Shown here in pieces: positions 1 through 9,392 of a stretch of DNA of 64,000 nt; the first letter of the stretch is position 1, and each line of letters begins with the position of its first letter. The DNA is from a virus (Duplodnaviria > Caudoviricetes). The notes beneath the pieces were generated by a model, which ran no database searches, was not told where the DNA came from, and saw only the letters and a program-made list of their open reading frames with translations. The stretch is taken from the IMG/VR virus record IMGVR_UViG_3300044630_004720. One strand, 5' to 3'. The translations under genes and the position numbers were made by a program.

Positions 1-55
1 AAAAAAACCCCGAACAATGTCCGAGGTTTTTACTTTACCCTTAACCTTATAAACC

Positions 56-289
56 TTACCAACTATCTTCGAACTCCTCAACTTCTTCCGTGTGGTCGAC
101 TAATACTCTTATTAGATTATCATAGTCACCACTCATACATTTCGTGAGGACTTCATTAATCTCATCTTTACTCCAACCTTGTCTTCGACCATTTTGTTGA
201 AAGTGTCCCATTAGGGAGAACGAGTTTCCGTCAAGTCCAACGAGGTTCATCTTGACTTTCTTACCGAGGGTGTTTGTTGTTGTGTACAT
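56..289 (-). CDS. Conserved hypothetical phage protein
   Basis: ORF with LVGLDGNSFSLMG motif. Start moved to ATG 289; divergent from the 674 gene. Confidence 0.7.
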   Translation of the reverse strand: MYTTTNTLGKKVKMNLVGLDGNSFSLMGHFQQNGRRQGWSKDEINEVLTKCMSGDYDNLIRVLVDHTEEVEEFEDSW

Positions 290-419
290 AGTATGTGTGT
301 TTGATTGTGATGTAAAGGTATAAAGAACATACGAGAATTCCAAATTTATTTTGTTATGGAAATGTTAAAAGGTGTTAACAACCCGAAGGTTCAGGTCCCC
401 CCCACAAGTTCAACTGCGA

Positions 420-656
420 CCCCCTCTATACCCTACCTACCCCATATCTACCCCCTCCCCCCTCCCGTATCCCCCCTTATATATAGGGTTTTTACCTTGT
501 CCAATAGGGGGGACAATGCTCCGACTGAAATTTTTCCGGGAAATTTTTCCATAATACTGATTATATGGTCATTTCTAAAATAAAAATTTTCCACTAAAAA
601 CCTATAAATCGAAAATATTTTCCATTATAGGGAAAAAAAATTTTCCAGATTTTTTC
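420..656. repeat. Non-coding C-tract block followed by five A-tract/TTTTCC repeats
   Basis: Seven C runs of 3 nt or more in 420-476. A(n)..TTTTCC copies start at about 528, 541, 582, 612 and 633. Confidence 0.75.
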
Positions 657-661
657 AGGAA

Positions 662-668
662 TATTTAT
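662..668 (+). promoter_or_regulatory. TATTTAT motif, putative phage late promoter (representative copy)
   Basis: Same-strand TATTTAT a short distance upstream of starts. Plus-strand copies: 662, 1474, 2880, 3904, 5159, 5482, 10175, 11829, 13677, 21238, 22642, 29427, 30438, 31438, 31721, 36279, 44077, 52763, 59036, 60137, 63979. Minus-strand copies: 11789, 16288, 18431, 20758, 38166, 43926, 56821. Confidence 0.75.
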
Positions 669-673
669 ACTAT

Positions 674-1252
674 ATGAACTTAGACAATATCACATTCTTC
701 AAAACCGAACAAGGTAGTAAGTACGTTAGATTACCTGACGGCAGATTACGGAGATGGAAATCATATCACTCAAATACCGGTGGAGAAGATATGGGACTTC
801 AGTCGTGGAGCACCCAATCACTCTTTGTGGAACCTACCTACGAGAATGAAGCCAATTCCCTTCAATACCTTATTGGTAAGGGGAATAAAGTTGCTTTATC
901 CAAAGACGCCGAGGGTAAAATGTTCCCAATGATTGCCGATAATAATTCTTGGAGACCTGCTAAGTGGAAAGACGCTTATACTGTGTTCTCTAAACAAAAC
1001 CCTGATATTGCTGATAAGGTATTATTTTGGAGATATGTTAAAGAACCTACTGTTGGGTATCACGTTGTGGACTTTGATTTAAAAGGTGGTGAGAGGGGAA
1101 CTGAAATTGCCAGGTATCATTTTGGGAGCAAGGTGTCCGAGGTTAGTGAGTTCACCGATGAGGATAAGGAGTTATTCTTCCCATCATTACAAGAGAATGT
1201 ACGTAGGATTAAACAGATGATAAATTTTGATTCTCGTACACCGGGATTTTAA
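674..1252 (+). CDS. Hypothetical protein
   Basis: 192-aa ORF directly after TATTTAT. Confidence 0.8.
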   Translation: MNLDNITFFKTEQGSKYVRLPDGRLRRWKSYHSNTGGEDMGLQSWSTQSLFVEPTYENEANSLQYLIGKGNKVALSKDAEGKMFPMIADNNSWRPAKWKDAYTVFSKQNPDIADKVLFWRYVKEPTVGYHVVDFDLKGGERGTEIARYHFGSKVSEVSEFTDEDKELFFPSLQENVRRIKQMINFDSRTPGF

Positions 1253-1282
1253 AAATTTTTTTTGTATATCCATAATAATCAC

Positions 1283-1290
1283 TAATTTTG
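1283..1290 (+). promoter_or_regulatory. Bacteroidota-type -7 promoter element TAnnTTTG
   Basis: TAATTTTG with an upstream TTTG (1261-1264) at -33-like spacing, ahead of ATG 1308. Confidence 0.55.
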
Positions 1291-1307
1291 TAAAAACATT
1301 ATATCCT

Positions 1308-1430
1308 ATGTCAAAAACTGTATCTGTACGTCCTCATAACTTCTCAAGAATTGTGAAGACAAAAAATGGTCCCGTGGTTAAGTCCTGTATTCGAAAAGGT
1401 TCCACACGAACGGTAAAGAAACGAGCTTAA
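1308..1430 (+). CDS. Small very basic protein (40 aa)
   Basis: MSKTVSVRPHNFSRIVKTKNG..., with a promoter before and a terminator after. Confidence 0.6.
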   Translation: MSKTVSVRPHNFSRIVKTKNGPVVKSCIRKGSTRTVKKRA

Positions 1431-1434
1431 TGAG

Positions 1435-1459
1435 AAACCCACAGAAATGTGGGTTTTTT
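1435..1459 (+). terminator. Intrinsic terminator
   Basis: AAACCCAC/GTGGGTTT stem followed by a T-run. Confidence 0.7.
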
Positions 1460-1500
1460 ATTTCATATATCGATATTTATTATTAAACAATATCAAAACA

Positions 1501-2775
1501 ATGTATAAGAATTTTAGATTAACAGACCAAGAGAGAAAAGAAATTCTCGAACAACACCAAAGTAAAGGATATAAACAACCCCTTAAAGAATCTTCATTGG
1601 AAAACTCTGTAGATGAAATGAGTTTAACCCCTGATGAGATGGATGAGAACTTGGGAATGCTTGCAAGAATCGCAGCCCCAATGGCGGCATCTTATGTCGG
1701 TTCCAAAATGGCTGATACCAATGAGGATTTCATTGATTCAGTTAAGAGTGGTTACAACGCAGTTAAAAGTGGTGTAAGCAATGTTGTAGGTGGAGTACAA
1801 AAGGGTATGAATACACTTGCTAGCGGTATGGCTAATACATTAACATCCGATGCAGACCTCAAAAAATTTAATGATAGAATTTTGGCAATCGCCAATGTAA
1901 TAAAATATGCGAAAAAAGGTACCGACCCAAAAACACAACAACCAGCGTGGATGATTATCAACCCACAAAGTAAAGTGAATGGAATGAGATTAGATGAGTA
2001 TTTTAAAACTTATAGAGTATCAGTTGGTGAGGTAGAGGCAGCAAAGCTGGTTAATCAGCAAGGAGGTAAACCATTGAGTGCCACACAAAAATTGAACACC
2101 TCCGGTAACCAATATATGAGAAGTTTCGCAGCTCATCCACCAACATTTGCCAAACTTTTTAATGAACAATCAAGTTTTATAGATTCAGTTAAAAGTGGAT
2201 TAGCGGATGTTGGTCAAGCTGGGATTGATGGTTATAACGCTTATAGAAATGCAGGAAGAAACGTGGTTGCTGCCGCTAAAAGTGGATTAGCTGCAGCTAA
2301 AAGTGGAATAACGGATGTTGGTGGTCATATGTACACTGCCTCTCAAAAAAGACATCAATTGGTTGCGTGTTCAGCTCTTGGTGTAAAATTTCCAGGTCTT
2401 TGTCATAAAGTAACTAAAAAACCTGTGGTTGAATGTGCTAAACTTGGTATTAAGACTGTGGGATATTGTTTTGTTGATACTAAACAACCTATTAATGCTT
2501 CAACACCTAAACAACAACCACTATCAGAATTGGGTGGATATATCGGAGACGCACCTGAGAAGATTGACGGACCGTTTATGAAGGAGATTGACCCAAGTGT
2601 TTATGAGGATATATCATATCTTGACGCAATGAAAGCAGATATTCTATTGATGCGTTTATTCCGTAATGATATCATTTCAAAAGATGCTTTCCTTGAGGTT
2701 AGAAAACCAATCGATGAGGTAATTAAAATTCTCAAAGGAGGATATGAAGAAAAACAAAAAGACGTACCATTTTAA
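1501..2775 (+). CDS. Hypothetical, probable virion-internal protein with repeated FIDSVKSG segments
   Basis: TATTTAT at 1474; N-terminal LTDQERKEILEQH; Gly/Ala-rich internal repeats. Confidence 0.7.
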   Translation: MYKNFRLTDQERKEILEQHQSKGYKQPLKESSLENSVDEMSLTPDEMDENLGMLARIAAPMAASYVGSKMADTNEDFIDSVKSGYNAVKSGVSNVVGGVQKGMNTLASGMANTLTSDADLKKFNDRILAIANVIKYAKKGTDPKTQQPAWMIINPQSKVNGMRLDEYFKTYRVSVGEVEAAKLVNQQGGKPLSATQKLNTSGNQYMRSFAAHPPTFAKLFNEQSSFIDSVKSGLADVGQAGIDGYNAYRNAGRNVVAAAKSGLAAAKSGITDVGGHMYTASQKRHQLVACSALGVKFPGLCHKVTKKPVVECAKLGIKTVGYCFVDTKQPINASTPKQQPLSELGGYIGDAPEKIDGPFMKEIDPSVYEDISYLDAMKADILLMRLFRNDIISKDAFLEVRKPIDEVIKILKGGYEEKQKDVPF

Positions 2776-2891
2776 TTAGGTATTAAAGATAACCTGGGTT
2801 TGAAGACCCAGCTTAGGACCGGGACTAGTTACTATCCCGTTGGGATATGAAGTTCGCTACTCATATCCCTTTTTTATTGTATTTATATCAT

Positions 2892-3554
2892 ATGAAGATT
2901 GTCCTTACAGAATCCCAACTCAAAAATATTATCGATGGTGAAATTGATGAGAAGTCACGTTCATTAGCATTCACCAGAAAAAAACGTCTGTTTCCCGAAC
3001 CGGCAAAGAAATATGCCAAGAACAGATTTAGATTTGCTGATAGGGAACTCGAAGAACAAGGATGGTCCGACCCAGTGAAAGCCGCGTCAGGACCACAGAA
3101 ATGTGGTATCTCAGGTGGTGGCGGAAGCAACTACGATAGGGAATCAAGAGCATTGGAAAGGGACGCAGCAAGACAAGATAAACTTGATGCCAAACAACGT
3201 GAGATGGAGAATAAGAACTTCTTATCCTTATCACACGACAGAGATAGTTTCCCGTTAGACAAACAAACAAGAAAACAATACATCTTACAGTATCAGGAAT
3301 TTATGAATGCAAATCCTGGTGTACTATCTGATGGTGATGGTTATAAGTCAGAACAAAAATACGCAGCCGCGTCTAAAGCTCTCGACTTCATAAAAAATGT
3401 TCCACAAGTATCCTATTCTAAAAACTTAAGAACAGCCTTCGGTTTAAGTCCACAAAGCACCGTTAAGGATGTTGTTGGTGTTGTCGATAAAATGGGCGGG
3501 TGGTCATCATTTATAAATTGGTTTAACTCCGGTGGGCCACAAATTAAAAAGTAA
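2892..3554 (+). CDS. Hypothetical protein with MKIVLTESQL N-terminal motif
   Basis: ORF, TATTTAT at 2880, shared N-terminal peptide. Confidence 0.8.
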   Translation: MKIVLTESQLKNIIDGEIDEKSRSLAFTRKKRLFPEPAKKYAKNRFRFADRELEEQGWSDPVKAASGPQKCGISGGGGSNYDRESRALERDAARQDKLDAKQREMENKNFLSLSHDRDSFPLDKQTRKQYILQYQEFMNANPGVLSDGDGYKSEQKYAAASKALDFIKNVPQVSYSKNLRTAFGLSPQSTVKDVVGVVDKMGGWSSFINWFNSGGPQIKK

Positions 3555-3557
3555 ACA

Positions 3558-3683
3558 ATGGCAAAAAGAAAGAAGAAACTTCCTAAACAAAAGAGTGTAA
3601 AGTCAGTAAAGAAAAACATTGAACGTATTAAGAAGAACAATGAAATCCTTAAAAAGTATATGTCTCAGTATTCTAACGTATAG
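3558..3683 (+). CDS. Small Lys-rich protein (41 aa), absent from the ORF track
   Basis: Manual translation MAKRKKKLPKQKSVKSVKKNIERIKKNNEILKKYMSQYSNV; ATG 3 nt after the previous stop. Confidence 0.6.
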   Translation: MAKRKKKLPKQKSVKSVKKNIERIKKNNEILKKYMSQYSNV

Positions 3684-3888
3684 TGCTGCGGTTGCATTGT
3701 TCGTCTGCGTTTTTCCAGTACTATTACTTAAAACTCTATTAACTTCCTTTTGGAAAGTCTTCGGAGCCGGGATTGTTGGGTTCTTTATCTTGGCGTGTTT
3801 TAATTTTACATTGATGGAATGTTTGGCGGGCGCCGGGACGGTCGGTTTCTTTGTGAACCTTTATTGGACGTATAAAAACGAACAATAA
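3640..3888 (+). CDS. Small multi-TM membrane protein
   Basis: Hydrophobic ORF; overlaps the upstream small ORF by 44 nt. Confidence 0.45.
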   Translation: MKSLKSICLSILTYSAAVALFVCVFPVLLLKTLLTSFWKVFGAGIVGFFILACFNFTLMECLAGAGTVGFFVNLYWTYKNEQ

Positions 3889-3926
3889 GGATTTTTTATT
3901 TGGTATTTATTTGATATATTTTATTA

Positions 3927-4526
3927 ATGACAAAGGAGTTAGTTGTTGCATATTTTAAAGAAGATTTAAATTGGTTAAAGAAGATTAACGATTCTAAAAT
4001 CACCATTTACAATAAGTCAAGTATGGACCTTGACAACACAATTAGTTTACCGAATTTTGGTAGGGAAATGCATACCTATTTTCATCACATCGTTGAGAAC
4101 TATGATAACTTATCTGATTGGGTTTTTTTCACACAAGGGAATCCATTTGACCACGTTAAAGATTATGTTGAGATAGTCAACCAATTTCCTGACTCTTTAC
4201 ACCAGTCCAAATTATCTATCGATGATTGTCATTTTTTTTCATATGGACATCATTACGATATTGCACTAAAGTCCGTATCTAATGGTCTTCCTCATCACGA
4301 TGGGAGTTTAAATATCGATGGTCTTTGGGGTTTATTGTTTTCATCCCCACCACCAAATGAATATGATTTTGTTGCCGGTTGTACTTTTTGTGTGACCAGA
4401 GAACAAATATTAATGAGGGAGAAATCATTCTATGAGAAATGTTTAGATACATCAATACACAGAATAACGGCACCTTGGGAATTTGAAAGACTGATGTATA
4501 GTGTATTTAATAAAAACGTACAATAA
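3927..4526 (+). CDS. DUF3431-family protein
   Basis: LVVAYFKEDLNW and PNFGREMHTYFHHIVENYDNL...FFTQGNPFDH signatures. Confidence 0.7.
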   Translation: MTKELVVAYFKEDLNWLKKINDSKITIYNKSSMDLDNTISLPNFGREMHTYFHHIVENYDNLSDWVFFTQGNPFDHVKDYVEIVNQFPDSLHQSKLSIDDCHFFSYGHHYDIALKSVSNGLPHHDGSLNIDGLWGLLFSSPPPNEYDFVAGCTFCVTREQILMREKSFYEKCLDTSIHRITAPWEFERLMYSVFNKNVQ

Positions 4527-5158
4527 TGAATATAATAGATAAAAACATTTATAATAATTTAGATTTACTACCCGAAGATAAACAAGGGTGGAATGGACAC
4601 TACGGAATCTTCAGGGGTCTAATTGATGAAATCAAACCAAACCTAATTGTTGAGGTTGGTACTTGGAAAGGACAGTCCGCAATTAATATGGGAACACATA
4701 TTAAAAACACCAACATCGACTGTAAAATTATCTGTATAGATACCTGGTTGGGGGCAATTGAATTTTGGTCTTGGGCTTCAAATACTGAAGATAGAAATCT
4801 CCTATTAAAAAACGGTTATCCACAAGTTTACTATCAATTCTTATCCAATGTGGTACATAATGGGTTACAAGATATTATTTTACCATTCCCAAACACATCT
4901 GAAAACGGGTTTAGGTATTTGTCATATAAAAATTTAAAACCTGAAATGATATACATTGACGCATCACACGAAGAGGATGATGTGTATAAAGACATAAAAA
5001 ACTTTTATTCTGTATTAAGTGAAGGTGGGGTAATGTTTGGGGATGATTACACAAAAGATTGGCCAGGGGTCATTAATTCGGTGAACAGATTTAAAGACGA
5101 AATGAATCTAAATTTGGAAGTAATTGATAATAACTTTTGGGTAATTAGAAAAGGTTGA
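4526..5158 (+). CDS. Class I SAM-dependent methyltransferase (Methyltransf_24-like)
   Basis: VEVGTWKGQS motif I; IYIDASH; GGVMFGDDY. Confidence 0.85.
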   Translation: MNIIDKNIYNNLDLLPEDKQGWNGHYGIFRGLIDEIKPNLIVEVGTWKGQSAINMGTHIKNTNIDCKIICIDTWLGAIEFWSWASNTEDRNLLLKNGYPQVYYQFLSNVVHNGLQDIILPFPNTSENGFRYLSYKNLKPEMIYIDASHEEDDVYKDIKNFYSVLSEGGVMFGDDYTKDWPGVINSVNRFKDEMNLNLEVIDNNFWVIRKG

Positions 5159-5169
5159 TATTTATTGAT

Positions 5170-5433
5170 ATGAAAATCGTACTAACAGAGAAACAAATGG
5201 AAAATGTCATCAATGAATTATTTGCTGACGAACCTGAAGAACTATCGGAAAAACACTACGATGAGTTCGTTAGACTATTCCATAGATTACAGGAATTAAG
5301 GGATATTGGGATTATTAAACCTGAAGAGTTTCGTACAATTCAAATGCCGATGTTTGATATTTTAATGAGAATTAAAGAAGACGTACCGAATTTTTACTAT
5401 AAATCGGGAGCTTTCAATAATAATGAAAACTAA
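5170..5433 (+). CDS. Hypothetical protein with MKIVLTEKQM motif
   Basis: TATTTAT at 5159; shared peptide. Confidence 0.75.
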   Translation: MKIVLTEKQMENVINELFADEPEELSEKHYDEFVRLFHRLQELRDIGIIKPEEFRTIQMPMFDILMRIKEDVPNFYYKSGAFNNNEN

Positions 5434-5456
5434 ACCTCCATAATGGAGGTTTTTTT
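5432..5456 (+). terminator. Intrinsic terminator
   Basis: AAACCTCCA/TGGAGGTTT stem followed by a T-run. Confidence 0.7.
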
Positions 5457-5494
5457 ATGTATATTTATTTGTAAAACCAAATATTTATATATTA

Positions 5495-5827
5495 ATGAAA
5501 CTTATTGAGTTATTAACCGAGTCCGAGCAAAAAGACAAGAAATTCTGTGAATTTGCTGAAAAGCGTTTAGGTGGAGCAACTAAAATAGCTGATTCAGCCA
5601 AAGAGAAGGGTGGACCTGCTATGTTAACCTATCATCACTTTGTTGTGAAATTACCATATTACAAAAAAGCAGCCGCTGGTAATTTTGATTTAGAACAAAC
5701 TAAAAAAGAATACAAGGAGTGTTTGGATAAACTTTGTGAGTTAGAAACAAACATAAATCAAGTTGAATTCCAAAGACTCGTTGGTAAAATTGAGGTATTG
5801 GGTGAGTTGATAATTAAAAACAAGTAA
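5495..5827 (+). CDS. Hypothetical protein
   Basis: ORF after TATTTAT; N-terminus MKLIELLTE. Confidence 0.75.
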   Translation: MKLIELLTESEQKDKKFCEFAEKRLGGATKIADSAKEKGGPAMLTYHHFVVKLPYYKKAAAGNFDLEQTKKEYKECLDKLCELETNINQVEFQRLVGKIEVLGELIIKNK

Positions 5828-5830
5828 AAA

Positions 5831-6400
5831 ATGAAACTACTATCCTTATTTGAAAACGCGGAACAGTTTGATGAAGTTCAGTTAGACCAACACTCATACG
5901 AGAGGTCTTTGGAGAGATTTTTAAAAAAGGAAGTGTTTCCTCTAATGTTAAAAACTAAAAATTCGGGACCTAGAGATTACGTGAAAGTTGGGAATTATTT
6001 TTTAAGTGCTGAAGAACGTGCTCAGATTTTAGAAAAAGTAAATGACGTATTCCAATTTCAATTACCTGTAGGAAAAATTTATGGCGTTGAGTTTCATAGG
6101 TTCGATGTGTTGAGTGATAAAAATGTTATGTATCCTAACAAGGACTTGAAACTACAAACATTGAATGAGGTTGTTAGAAGAGATGGTAGATTATATCTTG
6201 CAGACAAATCGGAGGGTGAACCTACTATTGGTGACACCTTATTTGGAATCATTAAAGATAACACCATTAAAACATTCTATCTAAATAGAAGTCACACAAT
6301 GAGTGCACAGAAACACAATGTTGATGATATCATATCGTCGGATATGGTTGCTGTAATATCAGGATTCAAGAAAGAAAAGAATCCGTGGAAATTCAATTAA
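5831..6400 (+). CDS. Hypothetical protein
   Basis: 189-aa ORF; N-terminus MKLLSLFE. Confidence 0.75.
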   Translation: MKLLSLFENAEQFDEVQLDQHSYERSLERFLKKEVFPLMLKTKNSGPRDYVKVGNYFLSAEERAQILEKVNDVFQFQLPVGKIYGVEFHRFDVLSDKNVMYPNKDLKLQTLNEVVRRDGRLYLADKSEGEPTIGDTLFGIIKDNTIKTFYLNRSHTMSAQKHNVDDIISSDMVAVISGFKKEKNPWKFN

Positions 6401-7920
6401 AAAATATTCTTATAAAAAGATAGAATCCTATCAAATATTTTAGGTTTACCAATAGAGTATTTTTCTTTTATATTTTCTTTCAAAATTTCATATAACTCAA
6501 GATGACCATTCTCCGAATAATGGTGGTCATTTATTGATGAATTAGTTTCTGATATAATTGTCTCGAATTGTTTTATGGGAGTCAATAGATTTCTCAATTC
6601 ATCTAAGGTTGGGTTTTCTTGCACATCGTATGGAAAATCCCAAGTCCAAAAAATAATGTGATTATTTGGACATATTCTTTTAATAATTTTTATGTATTCC
6701 AATATCTCATTATAGAAAACATTTTTATGTATTCTATTTATTTTCATTTCCTCTAATGTTGTTTGAGACAATAAACCCTCAACAGGTTCAACATCTTCAG
6801 TTGTTACGATATCCCAAAAATCACCATCAATAGATGCCGTTCTAAATCTTGAAATGGAAGTCCAATTAACTATGATTACATCCTCCTTATCTATTTTCTC
6901 AGACTCATCTATGAATTGTTTTAATATTGATGCATTGGATACACCGGCCTTCGCAAGATTTTTTACTTTGTATCCAAAATGTGTTTGTAATGAATCCACA
7001 TAATTTTTAGGTACATATCCTTTATAGTTAACATAGTCCTCAAAGGATTTGTATTTCATAGATAACGATTCAAATCCTTCACTATATGAATCACCAAAAA
7101 CCCAGAGTGTTTGTGTTAATTTATCTGTAAGTTCTGTTATTAAACAATCGCCAAGTGCTTTATGTCCTAACACACCGGGATGTGTATCCGTTACAATAAA
7201 ATCAGTATCGTCACATACGTTTAATTTTCTTTTAGTTGTAAAAGGACTTACACCATATTCACCTTCTAAAATTAATTGTCTTTTACGATTTAATTTTTTC
7301 CATATTTCTTGGTAGTTTGTTTGAACAATATTCATCTCAAGAATATAATAATATTCAATATTTAAAAATTCTAAAAAGGAAATTAATCCAACAAACTCGT
7401 CACCAATTTTTGATTCAAACACAAAAGGGTCTTGGTATTTTTCATAATGTGTTTTGAGGTATTTTCCTAATTCATTATATTTTCCATTTCTGTACATTCC
7501 ATCTATACCCGACCAACTGTCCGTTGCATCTACACTATCTAAATTACCTGTTTGAAGATTGTATTTTGGATTTACTACAAGGTAATCTTTAATTTCGTTT
7601 GAAAATAATTCAGTTCTATGTGCCGCATTATTAACTTGTAAAATAAACAATGTCCTTTTTGCTTCCTCAATGCCGATTTCTCTTATGAATTCATATGTTC
7701 TTCTTATTAATCTTGGAGAACCGCTACCTGATTTTGCGTCATTGATTACTGGACAATTAAAAAATTTACCGAGATGATATGGGTACGTTAAATCCTTTTC
7801 GTGTTTATATTCAATGTTATGTATTTTTTTATATTTTTCCATAACCTCTTGACCCTCAAGTCCACTACCTGCGGTTAAAGAACATCCATTAACATAAATT
7901 CTTTTAAATCTTTTAATCAT
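6397..7920 (-). CDS. Tandem two-domain SGNH/GDSL-like protein
   Basis: Two block-I motifs (NGCSLT, FGDSYS) and two block-V-like His motifs (DTHPGVLGH, DHHYSENGH). Confidence 0.7.
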   Translation of the reverse strand: MIKRFKRIYVNGCSLTAGSGLEGQEVMEKYKKIHNIEYKHEKDLTYPYHLGKFFNCPVINDAKSGSGSPRLIRRTYEFIREIGIEEAKRTLFILQVNNAAHRTELFSNEIKDYLVVNPKYNLQTGNLDSVDATDSWSGIDGMYRNGKYNELGKYLKTHYEKYQDPFVFESKIGDEFVGLISFLEFLNIEYYYILEMNIVQTNYQEIWKKLNRKRQLILEGEYGVSPFTTKRKLNVCDDTDFIVTDTHPGVLGHKALGDCLITELTDKLTQTLWVFGDSYSEGFESLSMKYKSFEDYVNYKGYVPKNYVDSLQTHFGYKVKNLAKAGVSNASILKQFIDESEKIDKEDVIIVNWTSISRFRTASIDGDFWDIVTTEDVEPVEGLLSQTTLEEMKINRIHKNVFYNEILEYIKIIKRICPNNHIIFWTWDFPYDVQENPTLDELRNLLTPIKQFETIISETNSSINDHHYSENGHLELYEILKENIKEKYSIGKPKIFDRILSFYKNIF

Positions 7921-7922
7921 AA

Positions 7923-8669
7923 TTAAAAAGGTGTTGCAACTCCTCGTTTTGAAACAACAATCGATGCCATTTCATTTGCGAATTTTATTGAATCAGAAAT
8001 ATCTTCTGTTTTATAATATTTTACCATAAAAGATGCTACAAAGGTGTCACCAGCACCACTCACATCTATTGTTTGTTTTGGTGATGGGGATGGATAATTT
8101 ATGTTATTAAACATCGCACCCTTCATACCTAATGTGACAACCATTTTATTTAAATAACTATCACTGAGTACTTTATTTCTATAGTATTCTTCTTCATTTA
8201 ATTTAATAAATGTAAAAGATTCTATCACTTCATTAGACAGTGTTCTTTTACTGTCAATCATAGATAATTTAGATAACTTACCAATTTCACATAAAACATC
8301 ATCAGTTAAAAATCCTTTGTTGTAGTCACTAACAATAGTTATATCACTTCGTTCTATTAGATTTTTAATGTAACCATTTAGTTTTAATTCGGTGACATCT
8401 TTTTCTCCTTCGTCCACTCTTAAAAACAAATAGTTTGTTTTGTCATCAACAAATCTGGTTTTGGTAATCTTGGTGTGTTGTGGGACATAATTGATATCAG
8501 CGTCAGGGACAAGTCCTTTTAAATTTTCCATCACATTTCCACACATACCACTATTTGTGGTTGTGTATTTTGGAATGAATACAGGAACAGGTGCTTCAGG
8601 ACAAAGTCTTCTAGTTTCACCATAAACAAAAATATCGTCACAAATTTCACCTATTACTATTATTCTCAT
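7923..8669 (-). CDS. rfaE1: PfkB-family sugar kinase, HldE/RfaE domain I (heptose-7-phosphate kinase)
   Basis: RLCPEAPVPV, SDYNKG and DVSGAGDTF motifs. Confidence 0.85.
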   Translation of the reverse strand: MRIIVIGEICDDIFVYGETRRLCPEAPVPVFIPKYTTTNSGMCGNVMENLKGLVPDADINYVPQHTKITKTRFVDDKTNYLFLRVDEGEKDVTELKLNGYIKNLIERSDITIVSDYNKGFLTDDVLCEIGKLSKLSMIDSKRTLSNEVIESFTFIKLNEEEYYRNKVLSDSYLNKMVVTLGMKGAMFNNINYPSPSPKQTIDVSGAGDTFVASFMVKYYKTEDISDSIKFANEMASIVVSKRGVATPF

Positions 8670-9048
8670 ATCTTAAAATGTCTGTGGTTGAAAATTTATC
8701 TAACCTATCAAAGATTACAATCTGTTTTGCAAATTCTTGTCCGATAATTTCTTTTCCGAGATAATCAGAACCAATGATAAATTTATCTGGTTTATATCGT
8801 TCAAGGAGTTCTCTCAACATTTCATCAGAATCAAATATAACCACAGTACTTACTCCTTTTATTTGTTTGAGATTAAACGCTCTTTCACTTTCAGAATGAA
8901 ATGGTCTTCCCTCACCTTTTAATTTTTTTACTCTATCATCAGAGTCAATTCCAATAATCACCTCACTACCAAATGAAGCTGCGTATTGTAGTAGTTTAAA
9001 ATGTCCGTGGTGTAAAACATCAAAACAACCGTTTAACCAAACCTTCAT
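8647..9048 (-). CDS. rfaE2: Nucleotidyltransferase, HldE/RfaE domain II
   Basis: NGCFDVLHHGH; IGIDSDDRVKKLKGEGRP; STT motif. Confidence 0.85.
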   Translation of the reverse strand: MKVWLNGCFDVLHHGHFKLLQYAASFGSEVIIGIDSDDRVKKLKGEGRPFHSESERAFNLKQIKGVSTVVIFDSDEMLRELLERYKPDKFIIGSDYLGKEIIGQEFAKQIVIFDRLDKFSTTDILRYENNSNR

Positions 9049-9392
9049 TGTGAATCCCCCTTCCATATTCTATACGAATCATCGTCAAAGTGTTGTGTTG
9101 ACACTTCAAAAATGACACCCTCTTCAATACACTCTAATTGATGTGGTAACCCTGGTGGGATATGAATTATATCCCCAACATCGATAGTCTCTTCAAATGT
9201 ATCCGCGGTGTTTGTGTCAATCCATCTGTAAATGAATTTACCCTTATTCACATACCAAGTTTCATCCTTAATCATATGGTAGTGCATTGAAAATTTTTTT
9301 CCCTCTTCGAAACATAATAACTTACCACAATATTTTTCATTGTTGGTTATCCATATTTCGTAACCCCATCCCTTTATTATTTTTTCAGACAT
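9045..9392 (-). CDS. Cupin-fold protein (sugar isomerase-like)
   Basis: KGWGYEIW; SMHYHMIKDETWYV; PPGLPHQL cupin motifs. Confidence 0.75.
   Translation of the reverse strand: MSEKIIKGWGYEIWITNNEKYCGKLLCFEEGKKFSMHYHMIKDETWYVNKGKFIYRWIDTNTADTFEETIDVGDIIHIPPGLPHQLECIEEGVIFEVSTQHFDDDSYRIWKGDSQ

Noticed and set aside
356-583. Pro-rich ORFs at 356 and 372
   Set aside because: They are products of the C-tract repeat, with no start context.
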